In this document: one piece after another, positions 50,149 to 57,276 of the stretch
Position numbering within the stretch: the stretch's first letter is position 1
Layout: each line of letters starts with the position of its first letter
Source of the DNA: Octopus bimaculoides
Taxonomy: Eukaryota
Direction: 5' to 3'
DNA length: 57,276 nt
Assembly (NCBI RefSeq): GCF_001194135.2
Contig: NC_069003.1
Location: 10,516,990-10,574,265 of the forward strand
Notes under the pieces: model-generated
Database searches by the model: none
Told to the model about the DNA's origin: nothing
What the model saw: the letters and a program-made list of their open reading frames with translations, nothing else
Translations under genes and position numbers: made by a program

Positions 50149-50219
50149 TACAAGGTTGGCCAAAAGTCAGCTGACAGTAAATCAAAACCATTTAATTTAA
50201 ACTGAATGAATTTAATAAA
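50149..50219 (+). mobile_element. Possible Tc1/mariner terminus running into an assembly gap
   Basis: TACAAGGTTGGCCAAAAGTC after a TA run. The other end is not visible. Confidence 0.35.
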
Positions 50220-51339
50220 NNNNNNNNNNNNNNNNNNNNNNNNNNNNNNNNNNNNNNNNNNNNNNNNNNNNNNNNNNNNNNNNNNNNNNNNNNNNNNNNN
50301 NNNNNNNNNNNNNNNNNNNNNNNNNNNNNNNNNNNNNNNNNNNNNNNNNNNNNNNNNNNNNNNNNNNNNNNNNNNNNNNNNNNNNNNNNNNNNNNNNNNN
50401 NNNNNNNNNNNNNNNNNNNNNNNNNNNNNNNNNNNNNNNNNNNNNNNNNNNNNNNNNNNNNATATATATATATATATACATTATATATATATGTGTGCGA
50501 GTGTCATTTATTTGCAGTGTGTTTGAAAATATAACACATACTAAAACACACAGGTACACACAGATTTTATTTACAATGATACAATCAACAAGTCGTCAAG
50601 GTAATCAAGCAAACGGCCTATTACATTAGCTTAATCGTTCAGACCTTGTAGCAACCCTTAATTAACTTTTAACCCAGTTAAAATGCTCCGCTTAACCTGG
50701 CCTAGGTTTATATAATGGGCTGAAACAAAAATAAAGAAATAAAATAACAAAAAGAAAAGTAATAGGAACAATAAAATTGCCAGGTGGGGGTGGGTTTTTT
50801 TTTTTAGGTCACTTCAGCCAATGTTAGTTAAAAGCCACTTTTTTTTTTGTTTTGAAGTCAAATTCCTGAAAATGTTTGAATCTGAAATTTACAAAAATAT
50901 TCAACCCAATGAGAAATGAGCCAAAGAGTGGTCATTTGCCTGATGGCTTGATTTGCAAGAAGTAGCAGTTAAATCTCTCCTCAATCACACTAACTATACT
51001 GTGTTAAAAAGAAGGATACATTGGATAACATACACCAGGATATACTATTCTAGCAGGAAAAAAAGAAAAGTCCCATCAGGGTCAACTGAGAGTTGTGCCT
51101 TATCTTCTATTTCTAACTTGTTTCAGTCAGTGGACTGTGGCCATGTTGGGGCACCACCTTGAAGAGTTTAGTCAAACAAATTGACACTTTTGTTTTGTTT
51201 ATAAATTCTGGCATTTACTTTATCAGTCTCTTTTTGCTGAACTGGTAAGTTACAAGGACATAAACAAACCAACACCAGTTATTAAAGGATGGTGGGGAGA
51301 GGGGGAGACAAACACAACATAAACACATGGGAGAAAATA

Positions 51340-52910
51340 ATAATTGCTTCTGATTTAGTCACAAGGTTAGCTATTTCGAGGGGAGGGGGATCAGTAGATT
51401 ACATGAAGCCCAGTGCTATATTGGGTACTTTATTTTATGCATAGCGGGATAAAAGGCATAGTTGACCTCAGCAGGATTTGAGCTCGGAACATATAAAGCC
51501 AGAATGAAAACTGCAAGGTACTTTTACCAATGCTCCACGATTTCCGCCAGACTGCTTGCTCTCTGAATCATGCTTTTTACTAAGGGCACAAGGCCTGGAA
51601 TTTTAGGATAACGGCCCAGTCGATTACATCGACCCTAATATTTGACCGATATTACTTTAGTAACCCTGAAAGAATGAAAGGCAAAGTCAACCGCAGTGAA
51701 ATTTGAACTCAGAACATAAAGACAAACAAAATACCGCTAAGCATTTTGTCCAGCATGCTAATGATTTGGCCAGTTAATTGTTTTAGAAATAATAACAGTA
51801 ATAATAATAATGGTTTCAAATTTTGGCACACGGTTAGAAATTTTGGGAGGGAAGGGGCTAAGTTGATTAAATCAACCCCCAATGCACCACTGGTACTTAT
51901 TTTATCAACCCTGGAAGGATGAAAGGCAATGTCAACCATGGCAGAATTTGAACTCAGGACATAATGACACGAAATACCACTAAGCATTTTGCCCAGCATG
52001 GTAATGGTTCTGCCAGCTCACCATCTTAATAATAATGATGATGATAATCCTCTCTACTATAGGCACAAGGCCTGAAATCTGGGGGAAGGGGATAGTCAAT
52101 TACATCAACCCCAGTGTGTAAATTGGTACTTATTTCATCGACCCCGAAAGGACAAAAGGCAAAGTCGACCTCGGTGGTATTTAAATTCAGGATGTAAAGA
52201 TGGACAAAATGCTGTCAAGTATTTTATCTGGCATGCTCACGACTCTGCCAGCTCGCTTCTTTAATAATAACAACAATAATCCATTCTACAATAGGCACAA
52301 AGCTTGAAATTTGGGGGAGGGGGACAGTCGATTACATTGATTCCAGTACCCAACAAGTATTTATTTTATCAACCCCAAAAGGATGAAAAGCAAAGCCAAA
52401 CTCAGTGTGGAATTTGAACTCAGAATGTAAAAACAAAGATACCCACTGAGCATTTTGCACGATATGCTAACAATTCTGCCAACTCAACACCTTATGTTGC
52501 TCTTTTAATAATGGTTTTTAATCTGATAAAAAAAAAAAAAAGAAAAAAGCAGCAATTTTGAGGAAATGGATCAGTTGATACCCTAGAGCCCAGTTCTGGA
52601 CTGATAGTTTATTTTATCCATCCCCCAAAAAGATGAAAGGCAAAGTTGTTCTTGGTGAGATTTGAACCTAGAACGCAAAGAGGTGAAATAAATACTTTTA
52701 CCCGTCACTCTAATGATTCTACTGAATAAAAAGAAATTTGTGTCATAAAAATGAAACAGATAAGGTAGATAATTCATAATTTTTATAAGAAATGATTTGT
52801 AAATGTGTATATCAACCCTGAAAGAATGAAAGGCAAAGTCAACCTTGGCGGAATTTGAACTCAGAAACATAAAGATGGAAGAAATGCCATTTAGCATTTT
52901 GTCTAAGCTT
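51340..52910 (-). mobile_element. Head-to-tail array of about seven diverged SINE family C copies next to the exon donor
   Basis: GATGAAAGGCAAAGTC(A/G)ACC..GAATTTGAACTCAG recurs about every 220-240 bp, with (AAT)n linkers. Confidence 0.75.
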
Positions 52911-52993
52911 GCTACCTTGTATTGATAAAAAATTTAAAATATCAAAAACTCATTTCATATTGTTTTAAAAATGTTTGAAAATAGAGAAACCCC

Positions 52994-52999
52994 ACTTAC
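52994..52999 (-). other. 5' splice donor GTAAGT of the sorting nexin exon
   Basis: Minus strand reads ...GAAGTCCAG|GTAAGTGGGG, a consensus donor. The ORF continues only 14 codons before a stop. Confidence 0.85.
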
Positions 53000-55393
53000 C
53001 TGGACTTCATAAAGCGTGTAAACCTTGTTAACCCTGAGTTCCTTGTGTGCTTCTGTCTCAACCACCGAGATATTTTGGAAAAGACACCTTTTGTCGGCAG
53101 ATGGCCCAGAGTCATCCGACTCACTGTCTGTTTTAGAAGAGGTCTCTGAATTGCCAGAATGAAATGGGTACATCCGAATGCCATCCTCGGTTTGACTCAA
53201 CCTGGGGATCACAGAGTTTGGCCACAAAGTTTGAAAGGGACTACGTTCAAAAGTGTTCCGCATTGCCGTCGTGGGACTGGAGTCCGAACTTTTCGACCTC
53301 ATCCCATTCAATTTTTGCTCCTTGCTGCTGGCAGAAGAAACATGGTGTTCATCCAAACCAAATTCGAAAGCTGATTGATTGCTCTCTTTGTCACTACCGG
53401 GTGTTTTGTCCGATAGAGGAAGAGAGGAAAAACTGTTTCGCTGCTCTAAACGCCTGATGAAGCCATGGTCCGATTTATTATCACAGTTCAATTCTTTATT
53501 TACACATTCACCAGTTACTTTCTCATTTTCCAAGGAATCCTTTCGATCAGCAGACTTCGCTACAGAAAAACTCTTACCGAAGTCCGTACTTTCATTATCA
53601 TCGTTATTGTCATTAGCATCGACATCCTCATTAGCAGAACATGAAGACCGTTTACTGTTGTTATTAGAAAACGAGGGCTGATCAGTAACGGACTCATTAT
53701 CTGACATGGAAGCTTTTCTGCTGTCACTGCCCGAGCCAAAAAACTGTCGATCACCCCCGAAAAGAAAGGGCAACCCTCCTAAAGATATTCGACTGCCTTC
53801 TCTTGATCGAAAACCGAAGACATTTTCAAAAGTTGAATCACCGGTGGCAGGTTTTTCTTCACTTGATTTCAAATTATTACCGTTTATCTCCAGAGAATTT
53901 TGCATACATGAATTTTCTTGTTTCTGTTGCTGTTGCTGTTGTTGTGGTGTTGGTTGTAGGTGTGATTGTTGTTCTGGTTGTTGTGGTTGTGACTCTAGTA
54001 TTTCTGGTGTTTGTAGTCGTGACTGTTGTTGATTTTCTTGTGTTTCTATCTGTTGCTGATTAGACAATACCTGTTCAGGATTTAAAAGAGTTTTAGGCTC
54101 ATCAAAAGATGACACCTTCTGCTCAAGCTGGATGCTGTTCGGGCGTATTGCTTCCACAATTGTGACATCCTGTTTTTCAGGAGTTGAACCCTGGACTATA
54201 ACAGGTGGCGGTGGTAGAGGAGGTGGGGGTGGCGTTTCTTTGTCAGCTGTCAATTCATCAGTTTTTCTTATTTCAACCAGTTCTTCTTGTTCATTAGACA
54301 GCAGCAGAATTATGCTTTCATGCAAAAAATCCGGGTCTTGAAACATATCAATGAGGGGCATTATAATTTGTAATGTAAAAATTTCAATAAGGATTTTCTT
54401 CAAAGAATCAACATTCTTGAATTCCACTGGCAATATATCTAAGCAGTCGATCAGGAGTTCAATGAGTGCCCGGACATGGTCAAACGATGCTTCAGTGCCC
54501 TTTGATGCGGGATGCAGAGAATACTTTTGGTCAAATACATCTTCTACAGATGCTGGTAGCTTTTTCTTCTGTGAAGATTTATCACTTGACATTGCATAAC
54601 ACATCTGGATTTTGTAAGTAGCAAACGAGGTCTGGTATTTCATCAAATGTTCACGGCACATTGTGATGGCCCCTGTACATGCAGACAACCGGTTGATAGT
54701 ACGTGCTCGTCGACACAACTCTAACAGGATTTCCCGAATTTCATCGTGAATATCAACAACTATAGTGGAATCAGAGCAGACCACTTTGTACCAAGATTGA
54801 ACGTAATCTCTTGTAATTAAATTGACAAACTTTTCGATCTCACAGTTAATTACTTCGCAATAAGGAACATGAGAGTCGGATGTGTGGGGAGACTGGTCGT
54901 CACTAGATTTCGAAGAATCCAACCGATTCCGTTGTTTGGGTTTAATTCGCTGCGAAGTGTCGTCCAACCAACTGCTGGATGTGGGCAGAGACGACGATGA
55001 CGATATTGAGTCGTGCTGAACATTGTCTACCGCCCACCCATTAGTTGCAGACACTTGATTTTTATCGTCGTTGCTTTTATATTCCTTAAAGGTGATAATA
55101 GTCATGACAAGCTGAAGAAATAATGTCCGAAGCTTATACGATAAAGTTGTTTTCGCCAAGAGAAATTTGGTAAAAGGTGTAAGGTCCCACAGCTGTTGAC
55201 TACGGTTCACATGAAAACAGACCACCATGGCTGGAATAATGCCCAAGATATAGGAAATTAAAGGTTTCCATTCATTGTAAAATACGCCCAAAAATAAGAA
55301 AAAACCGGCCCATGCCATCAGGGCGTAGCCGGTGAAAAACTGATTGAGGTACGCTAAACAGCGATATTGCCATTTCGTATGTCTCATCCACAT
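53000..55393 (-). CDS. SNX19: First coding exon (798 codons) of a PXA/PX sorting nexin, SNX19-like (SNX13/14/19/25 family)
   Basis: 812-aa ORF starting in caacaacATG context. N-terminal hydrophobic segments (FFTGYALMAWAGFFLFLGVF; LISYILGIIPAMVVCFHV). PXA-like region (INCEIEKFVNLITRDYVQSWY...LHPAS...IMPLIDMFQDPDFLHESIILLL, about 54850-54290). Long low-complexity P/Q/S linker with no recognisable RGS domain. Start of PX domain (LFQNISVVETEAHKE...VYTLYEVQ) ends at phase-0 donor GTCCAG|GTAAGT. Lack of RGS favours SNX19 over SNX13/14/25 (family knowledge; orthology not tested). Confidence 0.85.
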
Positions 55394-55599
55394 GTTGTTG
55401 GTGCGCCAGAATTGTAGTATTTTCCTTCTTTTTCTCCTGCTGCTGCTATTATTGATACTAACGTGACTGTTATTACTACTACTACTACTTGTGTTACGAC
55501 AGTTGTTGCTGTTGCAGTTATTGTTGATAATGTTGGTAGTGGAATAGGTGAGAGTGGTGGTGGTGGAGGTGATGTTTTTGTTGTTGTTAATGGAGATGT

Positions 55600-56620
55600 T
55601 GACGTCGTTGGCTGCACAACAGGCAAAAACAGATAGAAGAAGAAGAAGAAGAGGTGGGGAGACAAGAGCAAATATCGAAGTCTATAAAGTGCAGCAACAA
55701 TAGTTCTTGACGACGAAGACGTGAACGATACACAAGGTCTGTTTTGACCAGTGCAGCTCGCACCACTACAACAAAAACTCGTTCCAGTTGTAGAAGTAGA
55801 GCAGAGGAAAGGATAGAGAACCGCAGAGAATGTCCCGGGTTCGATTATGTGGTTACAGGTGTTAGAAGAGGAAAGAAAAGAAGCAATACGGGTGGAAGGA
55901 GCATCGGACGCAATGAGCTGGTCTGCTGCTACTGACGGCATCACGAATGACGGAGACAACACATTTACAGAGAGACATAAATCGGAACATGAATGGGGAA
56001 AAGAAAAAAAAAACAAGCAAATATTGAAAGAAAGATTAGAGTAACATGGAGATATCAGAAACAAAACAACTATAAGAAGCAAGTAAATGGTGATACCATC
56101 GACGACAAGGAAACAAACGAAGAAGAAGAAGGCGTAGACTGTCCTGCCAGCAGAGATAGGTGTGTGTGTGTGTTTCTTTTAAGTCCGCCACAAACGATTC
56201 GGTTCAGCCATATTGTTGTTATGGAGTGTGAGGAGTTGGTCATGTGACCTGCTGCTGCTGCTTATGACAAACTTAATACTGATGGTGGTGGTGATAGTGA
56301 TATTGATGATACGATGATGATAATGATGATGGTAATGATGACAGTGGTGGTGGTGGCGGTGGTGATAACGTTGTTAACGATAACGATGAGCGTAATGCTG
56401 ATGATGATTATAATGATGGTAGTGGTGGTGATGATGATGATGGTGGTGGTATCGCCGATATTGATGACAACTATGATAGTAATGCCGATGATAATCATAA
56501 TAATAATTATTATTATGGCGATAGTAGCGGCGGCGGCGGATACGCGCCACCCACGTGACTTGTCGGTGTTAATCGAACATTGGCGAAACATTTGAACGGC
56601 GAAGTGTTAGCATAATCCTT
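55600..56620 (-). promoter_or_regulatory. Putative 5'UTR/promoter region of the sorting nexin; CpG-enriched with E-box/CLEAR-like motifs
   Basis: CpG dinucleotides are visibly more frequent than in the rest of the window. GTCATGTGAC at 56239-56248 and CACGTGAC at 56552-56559, directly upstream of the start codon. TSS not determinable. Confidence 0.45.
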
Positions 56621-57276
56621 AAGTTTGGCCTACAAAAAAACCTCAAAGTCGTAAGTCAGTCAGTTTTGACAGATCGCTTTTAATACACACACACACACTG
56701 AGGTACACAACAGGTTGTTGATTAACTTAGTGAGCTAGACCTTTGATCAACGGCGTTCCAACCATGCCGATCCTGGTACTTTGGGGCAAGTATCTTCTGC
56801 TATAGCCTCGGGCCGATCAAAGCCTTGTGAGTGGATTTAGTAGACGGAACCTGAAAGAAGCGCGTCGTATTTGTGTGTCCAACCACTGCTTGACCGACAG
56901 GTGTTGTTTTGTTTACGTCCCCTAACTTAGCGGTCCGGCAAAAGAAGCCAAAAGAACAAGTACCAGGCTTAATAAATTATTACTTTTGGGGTAGATTTGT
57001 TCGACTTCACACTTCAAGAGTCTGGCCACAGTCCAATGAATGAAACAAGTGAAAGACAAACGATAAATATATCCGCGCGAGTCCACACACACACACCACG
57101 GGATTCTTTCAGTTTCCGTCTACTAAATCCACTCACAGGGTTTTGATCGGCCCAGTGCTTTAGTAGAAGACACACAAAGTGCCTATAATAAAAAAAATAC
57201 ATATTTTATTTATTTATTTCTTCATTTATTTACTTTAAATAAATGTGATAAAAATATATGAATTGATTTTTTTTAG

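Noticed and set aside
51340-52910. Regular repeat-spacer appearance suggestive of a CRISPR-like array
   Set aside because: Units are whole diverged SINEs of about 220 bp in eukaryotic DNA, with no unique spacers and no cas genes.
53159-54599. Several plus-strand ORFs overlapping the sorting nexin exon
   Set aside because: Antisense shadows of a real coding sequence.
55384-56082. 232-aa minus-strand ORF upstream of the sorting nexin start
   Set aside because: Low-complexity T/S/V content from trinucleotide tracts, no domain, and a different frame from the real ORF. More likely 5'UTR or promoter.

Overview
AT-rich, microsatellite- and SINE-dense animal genomic DNA with about 4.5 kb of assembly gaps. 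The repeat families look like octopus (inference; no database check). One protein-coding feature is well supported: a 2.4-kb first coding exon on the minus strand (55393->53000). It encodes a TM-TM-PXA-linker-PX(start) sorting nexin, most like SNX19, and ends at a canonical CAG|GTAAGT donor. No downstream exon could be recognised, so most of the window is probably its first intron. That region holds tRNA-derived SINEs, RTE LINE fragments, several MITE types (pogo, mariner, Tc1, hAT, piggyBac-like) and a Penelope-like GIY-YIG fragment bracketed by inverted terminal repeats. The most striking signal is a set of eight type I hammerhead ribozyme motifs plus one half-copy, from about six unrelated short repeat families. 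Several occur as outward-facing inverted pairs (fold-back mini-elements, one with a 14-bp TSD), and some lie on the pre-mRNA sense strand. Nearly all other ORFs in the track are microsatellite or N-gap artefacts.
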